64,000 nt of DNA from Balneolaceae bacterium (GTDB lineage Bacteria; Bacteroidota; Rhodothermia; Balneolales; Balneolaceae), in assembly GCA_007693295.1 (NCBI GenBank), contig REDT01000264.1, positions 146-64,145 on the forward strand, read 5' to 3'. Every line of letters starts with the position of its first letter. The first letter of the stretch is position 1. The notes beneath the pieces were generated by a model. It ran no database searches, was not told where the DNA came from, and saw nothing but the letters and a program-made list of their open reading frames with translations. A program made the translations under genes and the position numbers. Below are positions 50,688-58,799 of this stretch, piece by piece.

Positions 50688-50868
50688 AGTCTCCCTTCCC
50701 CCGAAGGGATCCCTATGGGAGAAGGGGGAAAGTGCCAAAGGCACAGGGGGATGATAGGCAAAGAAACGAGGTTTTAAAATGAATCAATGCTATATCAACG
50801 CTCCGTAAGACATCCCCCCGACCAAATGCTGATCGCATTTGGTCATGCCCCCTTCGAAGGGGGACTTT
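50688..50868. repeat. Family-B GC-rich palindromic elements in the trpB-trpA spacer
   Basis: 50688-50753 reads AGTCTCCC..GGGAGA..GTGCC-aaa-GGCAC-AGGGGGATG. 50820-50844 is a perfect 10-bp hairpin, GACCAAATGC-tgatc-GCATTTGGTC. 50848-50863 is a perfect 16-nt palindrome, CCCCCTTCGAAGGGGG, followed by ACTT. The last palindrome lies inside the 3' end of the trpB ORF. Confidence 0.7.
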
Positions 50869-52054
50869 CTCTAAACCACTCTGAAATCGTGCCCATGTCT
50901 TTGTCGCCGCGACCCGAACAGTTTACCACTACAATTTGATCTTTCTGAGTGAGCGGCATAAGGGTTTCCAGGTATGCAAAGGCGTGAGCCGTTTCGATTG
51001 CCGGAATGATACCCTCTTTCTCTGAGATCAGTTTAACAGCATTCATTGCCTGTTCGTCGGTTACCCCATAGTAGTGCACTCTTTTCGTGTCGTGCAGAAA
51101 GGAGTGTTCAGGGCCAATTCCGGGATAATCGAGACCTGCACTGATCGAGTGTGCAAGCTGTATCTGTCCTTCACTGTTATGAAGCAGGTAGCTCAGCGAA
51201 CCGTGTAACACACCCGGAGTGCCTATTGTGAGTGTTGCAGCCGTTTGATCTGTATCTGCTCCCAACCCGGCAGCTTCAATACCAATCATCTTTACATCCT
51301 CATCTTCAATAAATGGATAGAAAAATCCTATTGCATTACTCCCGCCCCCAACGCAGGCAACAAGATAGTCAGGCAGCCTGCCTTCAGCCAGTTTGATCTG
51401 ATCTTTAGTCTCTTCACCGATTACCCTGTGGAAGTTTCGCGTCATCATTGGGTATGGGTGCGGGCCAACAACAGAGCCGATGATGTAGAATGTGTTCTCG
51501 ACATTTGTTACCCAATCCCGAATCGCTTCGTTTGTGGCATCTTTCAATGTTTTTGATCCGCTGTCAACGGATCTTACTTCGGCACCCATCAACCTCATGC
51601 GATCCACATTCAGTTTTTGCCGAACCATATCCTCTGCACCCATGTAGATTACACACTCAAACCCGAATTTTGCACAGGCGGTTGCTGTAGCTACACCGTG
51701 CTGGCCGGCCCCGGTTTCAGCAATAATGCGGGTTTTCCCCATATTACGGGCAAGCAGTAACTGTCCAATAGCGTTATTAATCTTATGTGCTCCCGTATGA
51801 CAGAGATCTTCCCGCTTAAAGTAGATCTTTCCCCTGCCATAGTAGTCGGTTAACCGGTTTGCATAGGTGAGCTTGGTCGGCCGGCCCACATATTCCCGCA
51901 GCAGATCGTGATACTCTTTCTGAAAGAGCGGATCATTTTGCGTCTCTTCATATGCAATTTCAAGTTCTTCAAGGGCGGGGATTAAAATTTCAGGCACAAA
52001 TTTTCCGCCGTACTTACCGAAATAACCCTGTTTTGTTGGTGCTGTGTATTTCAT
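50843..52054 (-). CDS. trpB: Tryptophan synthase beta chain
   Basis: The 403-aa ORF has the PLP lysine context [11 protein letters not shown] and GGGSNAIG. The last roughly 8 codons (ESPPSKGA) are read from a repeat element. Confidence 0.96.
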   Translation of the reverse strand: MKYTAPTKQGYFGKYGGKFVPEILIPALEELEIAYEETQNDPLFQKEYHDLLREYVGRPTKLTYANRLTDYYGRGKIYFKREDLCHTGAHKINNAIGQLLLARNMGKTRIIAETGAGQHGVATATACAKFGFECVIYMGAEDMVRQKLNVDRMRLMGAEVRSVDSGSKTLKDATNEAIRDWVTNVENTFYIIGSVVGPHPYPMMTRNFHRVIGEETKDQIKLAEGRLPDYLVACVGGGSNAIGFFYPFIEDEDVKMIGIEAAGLGADTDQTAATLTIGTPGVLHGSLSYLLHNSEGQIQLAHSISAGLDYPGIGPEHSFLHDTKRVHYYGVTDEQAMNAVKLISEKEGIIPAIETAHAFAYLETLMPLTQKDQIVVVNCSGRGDKDMGTISEWFRESPPSKGA

Positions 52055-52161
52055 ATTTCTATTGAGTAATCAGTATCAAGTATAGAGTAGCAGGATGGGA
52101 TTGATATCAAAAACGTTATCAAATCATCTCAATACTCGCTACTTGATACTGTTGTCTATAT
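52055..52161. repeat. Family-C element filling the trpF-trpB spacer
   Basis: It has a 12-bp perfect terminal inverted repeat, CAGTATCAAGTA (52071-52082) / TACTTGATACTG (52140-52151). The 23-mer CTCAATACTCGCTACTTGATACT (52128-52150) is identical to 55963-55985. Confidence 0.7.
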
Positions 52162-52827
52162 TTATAATTCCTGTTCGTCCCAGATTTCACGCATTACATC
52201 GAAGAAAGCTTCTATTTTATCAAAATCTTTCAATCCGGGTGATTCTTCAAGTCCGCTGGAGAGATCAACCACTGTTGGTTGAACACTCTCTATAGCTTCT
52301 GAGATATTCCCGGCGTTTAATCCACCGGAGAGAAAAAACGGCTTCTCATCTGTAATCTCCTGTAAGATATTCCAATCAAACGTTTTGCCGGTTCCACCCC
52401 ACAAACCGTCAGATTTTGTATCAAAAAGGTAATAATCTGCGACATCCCTATAAGGATCCATTTCAGATTTTAGTTCATCTGAGCTCTTACTTTCTGTAAT
52501 GTGAAAAACTTTGATAACGGGCTTATCCACAAGAGCACAGTATTCCGGAGATTCATTGCCATGCAGCTGTACAAGGTCTATACCGGTACTCCTGGAGATG
52601 CTATTCACGTCATCCAGCGGCTGATTAACGAATACCCCAACTTTTTCCGGCCCTTCCAGCCAATTGATAATCGCACCGGCCTTTGCAGGGTCGATAAAGC
52701 GGGGGCTGTCCGGATAAAAGATAAATCCCAGATAATCAGCCAGTGCACCGGATGCAAAGCGGGCATCCTCAAGTGTAGTGATGCCGCAAATTTTTACCTT
52801 GGTTCTGTTTTCGGGTTCTGCAAACAT
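52162..52827 (-). CDS. trpF: Phosphoribosylanthranilate isomerase
   Basis: The ORF is open to 52947, but the first 40 codons translate a family-B repeat. The Met at 52827 gives MFAEPENRTKVKICGIT.., the usual TrpF N-terminus. Confidence 0.9.
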   Translation of the reverse strand: MFAEPENRTKVKICGITTLEDARFASGALADYLGFIFYPDSPRFIDPAKAGAIINWLEGPEKVGVFVNQPLDDVNSISRSTGIDLVQLHGNESPEYCALVDKPVIKVFHITESKSSDELKSEMDPYRDVADYYLFDTKSDGLWGGTGKTFDWNILQEITDEKPFFLSGGLNAGNISEAIESVQPTVVDLSSGLEESPGLKDFDKIEAFFDVMREIWDEQEL

Positions 52828-52857
52828 GGTTTTGATTGTTGATGGTGATGTTAACTT

Positions 52858-53004
52858 AAAAGTCCCCTCTGGAGAGGGCTCATTTTTTGATCGCGCAAGC
52901 GAAAAAGCGTAATGAGCGTCCAGCGAATTAGCGAGGGGTGTGTCCATAACTGACTCAGAAGCCTGACTTACACACCCCTAAATCCCCTCTCTAGAGGGGA
53001 ATTC
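52858..53004. repeat. Family-B nested palindromic element filling the trpC-trpF spacer
   Basis: The first hairpin is AAGT-CCCTC-tgga-GAGGG (52865-52878). A perfect 10-bp stem AGGGGTGTGT (52934-52943) / ACACACCCCT (52970-52979) follows, and then TCCCCTC-tcta-GAGGGGA (52983-53000). Confidence 0.8.
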
Positions 53005-53805
53005 TTATTCCTTCAAGTTTTCAAACTCATTAATAAAACTTTTCAATGCACGGCCCACATCGGGTTGACGCATGAAATGTTCACCGATGAGTGCTGAATG
53101 GACTCCATTATCGTAAAGTACTTTCATGTCCTCCGGTTTATGGATGCCGCTTTCCGAGACGCGAACAACGTGCCCGGGTGCTTTTTGAAGCAGATTCACT
53201 CCACGGTGAAGGTCTACTTCAAACGTAGATAAATTACGGTTATTTACACCCACAATCTCGATTTCGTGCCAATTAAGGGAGTCGACCTCCTCTTGGTGAT
53301 AACACTCCACCAGCGCCTGCATTTCAAACTCTTTTGTAGCAGCCAAAAGCTCTGAGAGCTGACTGCCCTCACAAATGGTTGCAATTAACAATACCGCATC
53401 GGCTCCGTAAGCCCTGGCCTCCTTCACCTGGTAAGGGTCGATCAAAAAGTCTTTTCTCAAAAGGGGGATCGGGCTGATTCCTGAAATCTCTTCGAGGTAT
53501 TTTAAAGAGCCTTTGAAGAATGGCTGGTCGGTTAAAACAGAGATTGCAGAAGCTCCATTTTCAAAATAGGCTTCAGCAAGCTTTATGGCGTTAAAATCAT
53601 CCCTGATAATTCCTTTTGAGGGTGATGCTTTTTTTACCTCTGCAATGATGGACACGGAATCCTTTAAACTCAAAGCTTCTGAAAAAGATCTCCTCTCCTT
53701 CTCATACTGTGGGAAAGAGCTAAAATCAGTGTAGGAGACCTTTTGTTTTCGTTTGGCTAGGTCAGCCCTGGTTTGTTCAACTATTTTTTGGAGTATATCT
53801 GCCAT
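53005..53805 (-). CDS. trpC: Indole-3-glycerol phosphate synthase
   Basis: The 266-aa ORF contains ..IAEVKKASPSKG.., ..LRKDF..D.YQ.. and ..NNRNL.TF. Confidence 0.95.
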   Translation of the reverse strand: MADILQKIVEQTRADLAKRKQKVSYTDFSSFPQYEKERRSFSEALSLKDSVSIIAEVKKASPSKGIIRDDFNAIKLAEAYFENGASAISVLTDQPFFKGSLKYLEEISGISPIPLLRKDFLIDPYQVKEARAYGADAVLLIATICEGSQLSELLAATKEFEMQALVECYHQEEVDSLNWHEIEIVGVNNRNLSTFEVDLHRGVNLLQKAPGHVVRVSESGIHKPEDMKVLYDNGVHSALIGEHFMRQPDVGRALKSFINEFENLKE

Positions 53806-53826
53806 TTATAATTTTTTTTAAATCAG

Positions 53827-53972
53827 AAGTCCCCTTCTTGCCCCGTAGGGATGCCTACGGCAACAGGGCTTATTCTTTGAACGCGTCAGCGAATTTAGGG
53901 GTGTGTATTTTTTGGTTATGAAAGTGTATTCATAATCCCCCATTCCCCTCCGTCAGTCAGCGGAGGGACACT
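53827..53972. repeat. Family-B plus family-A elements in the trpD-trpC spacer
   Basis: The family-B part begins AAGTCCCCTTC and continues with a perfect 7-bp hairpin CCGTAGG-gatg-CCTACGG (53843-53860) and ..CAGCGAATTTAGGGGTGTGT (to 53906). The family-A hairpin CCCTCCG..CGGAGGG-ACACT follows at 53946-53972. Confidence 0.75.
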
Positions 53973-54012
53973 TTGTAATAAAATCTAAGATGTATTCTAA
54001 TTTTATCATACA

Positions 54013-55056
54013 CTAAGCATTCAACTCAGATACCTTTTGCGACTCTTTTACAAAGAGGTCCAGTTTCTTTCCGGCTTCACCTGAATCCAGACTTTTGGCC
54101 GCCATCTCTTTTGCATCTTCCAATGAATCGGCCATATGGGCCGCTCTAATTGCAAATGCAGCATTCATCTCCACAATATTGCGCTGGGCTTCGGTTGAAT
54201 CACCAACCATAATGCTCTGAATAATTTTAGCATTTACCGCAGCATCCCCACCCAGCAGCTCCTCGGGCTGAACCCAGCCGTATCCCAGCGATTTCGGATC
54301 AAAGGTGATTGCGCCCCTGGATAGGTGAGACTGCAGCTCAAATATTTCAGTCTGAGATGTCAGGCTTACTTCATCAAGGCCGTCGTGAGCACTAAGGGTA
54401 AATGCACTCACCGTTTGAAGGTTGGCAAGTATCTGTATCATCTGCCCTGCTGCTTCCTTGCTGAACACACCGATAACCTGATTTTCAACAGTGGCCGGAT
54501 TTAGTAACGGACCCAGCATATTGAAAAAGGTTCTCATTTTCAGTGCACGGCGTGCAGGCATTACATACTTCAGTGCCGGGTGAAAATTGGGTGCGAACAT
54601 AAACGCCATACCGGTCTCATTATAAAGAGATTCCACCTGCGATTTATTCAAATTTGGCGCTGCTCCAAGCTTCTCCAACACGTCATAACTTCCGCTTTTG
54701 CTGGAAACGGAACGGTTACCATGCTTTAAAACGGGAACACCTGCACCTGCCACAACAAACATAGCCGCTGTTGATATATTAAATGTTCCGGATTTATCGC
54801 CCCCCGTGCCGCAAAGATCAACGGCATTCTTAATATCCACTTCCACTTTGATGGCAGCATTTCTCATCTCCTTTACAAAACCGGTCAGCTCTGTGGTGGT
54901 CTCACCTTTGGTGCGCATGCCCATCAAAAGAGCGGCCACCTCCTCGCCCGAAACTGAGCCGTTTAAAATCATCTTCATTGCCAAAGATGCATCATCTTCA
55001 GAAAGGTCTTCACCTATAGAAATTATCTCTAAGTATTCAGTAAATTTTTTTGCCAC
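54013..55056 (-). CDS. trpD: Anthranilate phosphoribosyltransferase
   Basis: The 347-aa ORF contains ..DLCGTGGDKSGTFNIST.. and ..KHGNRS.SSKSGS.DVLE. Confidence 0.95.
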   Translation of the reverse strand: MAKKFTEYLEIISIGEDLSEDDASLAMKMILNGSVSGEEVAALLMGMRTKGETTTELTGFVKEMRNAAIKVEVDIKNAVDLCGTGGDKSGTFNISTAAMFVVAGAGVPVLKHGNRSVSSKSGSYDVLEKLGAAPNLNKSQVESLYNETGMAFMFAPNFHPALKYVMPARRALKMRTFFNMLGPLLNPATVENQVIGVFSKEAAGQMIQILANLQTVSAFTLSAHDGLDEVSLTSQTEIFELQSHLSRGAITFDPKSLGYGWVQPEELLGGDAAVNAKIIQSIMVGDSTEAQRNIVEMNAAFAIRAAHMADSLEDAKEMAAKSLDSGEAGKKLDLFVKESQKVSELNA

Positions 55057-55154
55057 AGTAATTTGTTCTTATTTTATAGTCTGCCGAATCTTATTCTTCA
55101 ACGTTTCTTTATAAATCTGCCGGGTAATATGATAGATCATTTTTAAGTCTCCAA

Positions 55155-55745
55155 TCACCGAATCTCAACCGCCAGTCTCGGAAGGTTCAGCCAGTTCTTT
55201 ACAATCCTCGGCCCTTCGACGGTGAGTATACTTTCGGGATGAAACTGTATGCCTTCAATCGGGAATTTTCGATGACGAACACCCATAATAACGCCGTCTT
55301 TGGTTTGTGCTGAAATCTCCAGTTCGTCCTCCGGTATACTGTCCGGCTGCAAGGCAAGAGAGTGGTAGCGGGTTGCTACAAACCCATCGGCCACGTCTTT
55401 AAAAACAGACTTTCCATCGTGATAGATATCCGATGTTTTTCCATGCATCAGGCTCGGGGCATGTACCACTTTAGCGCCAAATACCTGTCCAATCGCCTGA
55501 TGGCCTAAGCAAACACCCAGCACCGGTATATCCGGTCCAAGTTCACGAATCACACGTTCAGTTATTCCGGCATCTTCCGGCCGGCCCGGACCCGGTGAAA
55601 TGAGAATCTTATCCGGATTCATTTCCCGTATCTCCTCCACGGTTATGGCATCATTTCTCACTACCCTGTATTGATCTGTGACAGATGCCACAATGTGGAC
55701 AAGGTTGTAGGTGAAAGAGTCGTAATTGTCGATGATTAGAATCAT
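55155..55745 (-). CDS. trpG: Anthranilate synthase component II (glutamine amidotransferase)
   Basis: The 196-aa class I GATase has GVCLGHQ (Cys) and QFHPES (His/Glu). Confidence 0.93.
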   Translation of the reverse strand: MILIIDNYDSFTYNLVHIVASVTDQYRVVRNDAITVEEIREMNPDKILISPGPGRPEDAGITERVIRELGPDIPVLGVCLGHQAIGQVFGAKVVHAPSLMHGKTSDIYHDGKSVFKDVADGFVATRYHSLALQPDSIPEDELEISAQTKDGVIMGVRHRKFPIEGIQFHPESILTVEGPRIVKNWLNLPRLAVEIR

Positions 55746-55985
55746 TTAGTATTGAGTATCAATAGTGAGTATTTAGATTTTTTTTGTAAGGAATTTCAGT
55801 TTTCGGGTTCATACTGTTAAGTCAATCCAAATTTATCATATTTAAATGAACACGATTTTGAGTTACTCATCAGTTCATTGATTGAGATTCAAAAAATGTT
55901 ATACACGTTTATCAAAAAAATCGAATCTGACGAATAAATTCCGAGTAGCGAGTATCAAAATACTCAATACTCGCTACTTGATACT
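55746..55985. repeat. Family-C element(s) filling the trpS-trpG spacer
   Basis: The exact 23-mer CTCAATACTCGCTACTTGATACT at 55963-55985 touches the trpS stop. Next to it is an inverted partner, GAGTAGCGAGTAT (55943-55955). A degenerate inverted copy, AGTATTGAGTATCAATAGTGAGTATTTAG (55748-55776), abuts the trpG start. Confidence 0.7.
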
Positions 55986-56983
55986 CAATAATCAAAGCTC
56001 CTAAACAATCCTGTTGCTTCGCGAATGGGTTCCATTACGGTTTCTGCGCGCTTACGGGCTTTTTTCCCGCCATTTCGGAGGACATCGCGAACATAGTCCA
56101 TATTCTTTTCGAGTTCCTTTCTTCTTTCGCGTGCTTCAGCAAAATAACCTAAAATAAGATCGAGTAATTCCTTTTTGGCGTGTCCGTAACCATAACCTCC
56201 CGCCCTGTACTGATCAGCGATCTCTTGCCGCTTCGGCTCGTCGGCAAAGAGTTTAATCAGGGCAAATACATTGCACGTATGCGGATCTTTCGCGTCTTCC
56301 AGTGCTTTGGAGTCGGTTTGAATGGACATCACCCGCTTCTTCAACGCTTTTCCTTCAGCAAAAATGTTAATGGTATTTCCGTACGATTTACTCATTTTTC
56401 TTCCATCAATACCCGGCACGGTTGCCACGCTTTTCAAAATGTAGTCTTCAGGAATCTTTAAAAGCTCTTTATCGCATGCCCGATTCAGCTTGCCTGCCAG
56501 GTCTCGCGCAATTTCAATATTCTGTTTTTGATCTTCCCCCACGGGTACCAGGTCGGAGTGGTAGATCAGGATATCAGCAGCCTGAAGTACAGGATAGGTA
56601 AACAGCCCGATATTTGGACTGAGGCCATTGGCCACTTTATCCTTATAGGCAACTCCCTTTTCCATCAGTGAAACCGGGGTCAGACAACCTAGTATCCAGG
56701 CCAGCTCTGTAGTTTGTGGAACATCCGACTGGGCAAAGAACGTGCATTTTTCAGGATCAAGGCCCAGGGCCAGATAATCCAGAACTACATCGGTTGTATA
56801 CTCTTTAAGCAGCCCGCCATCACTTACGGATGTTAAGGAGTGATAATTTGCCAGGAAATAAAATGCATCTCCCTCCTCCTGCATCCGAATATGCTGACGC
56901 ATGGCACCGAAGTAATTTCCAATGTGAAGTTTACCCGATGGCTGGATTCCGGACAGGATGGTTTTTTGTTTGGTCATTTTCAC
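55985..56983 (-). CDS. trpS: Tryptophanyl-tRNA synthetase
   Basis: The 332-aa class I aaRS has HIGH-type KLHIGNYFG and KMSKS (RKMSKSYGN). It lies between trpE and trpG on the same strand. Confidence 0.96.
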   Translation of the reverse strand: MKMTKQKTILSGIQPSGKLHIGNYFGAMRQHIRMQEEGDAFYFLANYHSLTSVSDGGLLKEYTTDVVLDYLALGLDPEKCTFFAQSDVPQTTELAWILGCLTPVSLMEKGVAYKDKVANGLSPNIGLFTYPVLQAADILIYHSDLVPVGEDQKQNIEIARDLAGKLNRACDKELLKIPEDYILKSVATVPGIDGRKMSKSYGNTINIFAEGKALKKRVMSIQTDSKALEDAKDPHTCNVFALIKLFADEPKRQEIADQYRAGGYGYGHAKKELLDLILGYFAEARERRKELEKNMDYVRDVLRNGGKKARKRAETVMEPIREATGLFRSFDY

Positions 56984-57012
56984 GATTTATAAATTTATAA
57001 AGGCTTCGAATC

Positions 57013-57117
57013 AAAAGTCCCCTCCTTTTTAAGGAGGGGATTTAGGGGTGGTTCAAATTAGTTTTGAAGCCTGATTCAACCACCCCTGTCCCCTCCTTAT
57101 GAAGGAGGGGAACTTTT
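57013..57117. repeat. Family-B composite palindrome filling the trpE-trpS spacer
   Basis: The left half is AAAAGT-CCCCTCC-ttttta-AGGAGGGG-ATTTAGGGGTGGTT. After a central spacer comes the right half, AACCACCCCTGT-CCCCTCC-ttatga-AGGAGGGG-AACTTTT. The two halves are inverted copies of the same module. Confidence 0.8.
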
Positions 57118-57140
57118 AATTTTATATTTTAAAGCTATAA

Positions 57141-58601
57141 TTAAATATCCAGAGCCACACTCAGCGCTTCTACGAGAGCTCCGGCTTTGTTTTTGGTTTC
57201 TTCGTACTCTTTGGCCGGATCACTGTCGGCCACAATGCCGGCACCGGCCTGAATATAGACCGAGTTCCCGGCTACCACCATGGTTCGAATGGCAATACAG
57301 GTATCCATATTGCCGGAAAAATCGAAATAGCCAACGGCTCCTGCATAAGGTCCCCGTTTCGTCGGTTCTAGCTCGTCAATAATTTCCATGGCGCGTATTT
57401 TTGGCGCACCGCTTACCGTTCCTGCCGGGAAGCACTGCATCAAGGCGTCAACCGATGTTCTTCCGGGAGATATCTTTCCAACCACATCCGATACAATGTG
57501 CATCACGTGCGAAAAACGCTCGATGGATTGATTACGCTCCAAGTGCACCGAGCCCGATTTGCAAACTCTTGAAAGGTCATTACGGCCTAAATCTACCAGC
57601 ATTATGTGTTCGGCAATCTCTTTGGGGTCATTTTTAAGATCCTCTTCAAGAGCCAAATCCTCCTCATGAGAGCTGCCGCGTTTACGCGTACCCGCAATCG
57701 GTAAAAGCCTAACCTCCTCGCCGGTTACCCGAACCAGTACTTCGGGGGATGAACCAACCAGGGCAAAATTATCAAAGTCGAGAAAGAAGAGATATGGAGA
57801 TGGATTCACCATGCGCAGTGCACGATAGAGGGTAAATTTATCACCTTCAAACGGTACTTCGAACCTCTGTGAGACGACAACCTGGAAGATATCTCCTTCA
57901 TAGATATACTCTTTAGAGCGCTTTACCATCTCATGAAATCTGTCTTCTTCAATATTGCTCGACAGCTCATCTGCATCCAGCTGAAAGGAACCGGTTTTAA
58001 TGACCTGTTTACCAGCGGAAGCTTCCATACGGTCGAGAGAAAGAATTGCCTCATCGTATAATCTTTTCAGATCAGAAGATTCATCCACAAAAACCGTCTT
58101 CATCAGTACGATTTGTTGTTTTACGTGATCGAAAGCAAACACTTCATCGTAAAAACACCAGATCGCTTCGGGAAGTGAAAGGTCATCATCAGGTACATTT
58201 GGAAGGTGCTCAACCTGACGAACCGTATCGTAGGATGAAAATCCCACAGCCCCGCCCGTCAGGCGCGGTAGTTCCGGAAGTTTTGGCTCCGAGTGGATTG
58301 TGGTGAGTCGATTCAGAGCCTCAAAATAGCCCTCGTCAAGGGTTATTGTTGATTTGCCCTGTGCAGCCAGCGTGCTGGTTTCCCCGTCAAACCTCAATAC
58401 TTGATAGGGATTACAACCCAGAAATGAGTACCTGGCCAGATGTTCCCCCCCCTCTACCGATTCCAGTAAAAACGGGTTGAGTGCACCTTCACGAATGGAA
58501 AGAAACAGCGATACCGGCGTGAGTATATCCGCCAGCATTCTCCGCGAAACGGGAATTGCCGTATAGGTTTGAGCCAGCTCCTTAAAATTATCGAATGTCA
58601 T
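57141..58601 (-). CDS. trpE: Anthranilate synthase component I
   Basis: The 486-aa ORF contains ..LLESVEGG.., ..GAVGYF.F.GNMDTCIAIRT.. and ..GAGIVADS.P..E..E. Confidence 0.96.
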   Translation of the reverse strand: MTFDNFKELAQTYTAIPVSRRMLADILTPVSLFLSIREGALNPFLLESVEGGEHLARYSFLGCNPYQVLRFDGETSTLAAQGKSTITLDEGYFEALNRLTTIHSEPKLPELPRLTGGAVGFSSYDTVRQVEHLPNVPDDDLSLPEAIWCFYDEVFAFDHVKQQIVLMKTVFVDESSDLKRLYDEAILSLDRMEASAGKQVIKTGSFQLDADELSSNIEEDRFHEMVKRSKEYIYEGDIFQVVVSQRFEVPFEGDKFTLYRALRMVNPSPYLFFLDFDNFALVGSSPEVLVRVTGEEVRLLPIAGTRKRGSSHEEDLALEEDLKNDPKEIAEHIMLVDLGRNDLSRVCKSGSVHLERNQSIERFSHVMHIVSDVVGKISPGRTSVDALMQCFPAGTVSGAPKIRAMEIIDELEPTKRGPYAGAVGYFDFSGNMDTCIAIRTMVVAGNSVYIQAGAGIVADSDPAKEYEETKNKAGALVEALSVALDI

Positions 58602-58610
58602 ATCTTCTTA

Positions 58611-58647
58611 AAATAAAAAAACCCACTCCAGAAAACTGCAGCGGGTT
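58611..58647 (-). terminator. trp attenuator terminator
   Basis: The minus-strand RNA reads AACCCGCUGCAG-UUUU-CUGGAGUGGGUU. Of 12 stem positions, 11 pair (one is a G.U) and one is a G-G mismatch. The stem runs into U7-A-U4 and ends about 10 nt before the trpE ATG. Confidence 0.75.
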
Positions 58648-58675
58648 TAAGAAACTTTTTGTAAACGTATTTACA

Positions 58676-58747
58676 TCATAGTGATTCCACTGCCAAATAT
58701 GTTGGTCCGGGCCACCACCAGTTTGTATGTACGTTTGTTTTCATCAT
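58676..58747 (-). CDS. trpL: trp operon leader peptide MMKTNVHTNWWWPGPTYLAVESL
   Basis: This is a 23-codon ORF plus TGA on the minus strand, with three consecutive TGG codons (58712-58720). It sits between a consensus-like promoter and the terminator hairpin, directly upstream of trpE. It is too short for the ORF track. Confidence 0.75.
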   Translation of the reverse strand: MMKTNVHTNWWWPGPTYLAVESL

Positions 58748-58771
58748 TGCGCAGAGAAACTATCTCATAGT

Positions 58772-58799
58772 ATTATAAAATGCAACCTTATCCTGTCAA
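58772..58799 (-). promoter_or_regulatory. Sigma70-type promoter of the trp operon (TTGACA-16 nt-TATAAT)
   Basis: On the minus strand, TTGACA is at 58799-58794 and TATAAT at 58777-58772, separated by a 16-nt spacer. The -10 element ends 24 nt upstream of the leader ATG. Confidence 0.6.

Noticed and set aside
57034-57096. T-box-like string (TTAGGGGTGGTT, or AGGGGTGGTTGAA on the minus strand) upstream of trpS
   Set aside because: It only resembles the GGGUGG part of the T-box consensus and lacks the ACCGCG continuation and a specifier-loop architecture. The same motif recurs at loci unrelated to any aaRS gene (4246, 52934, 53897), so it is part of the family-B repeat, not a riboswitch.
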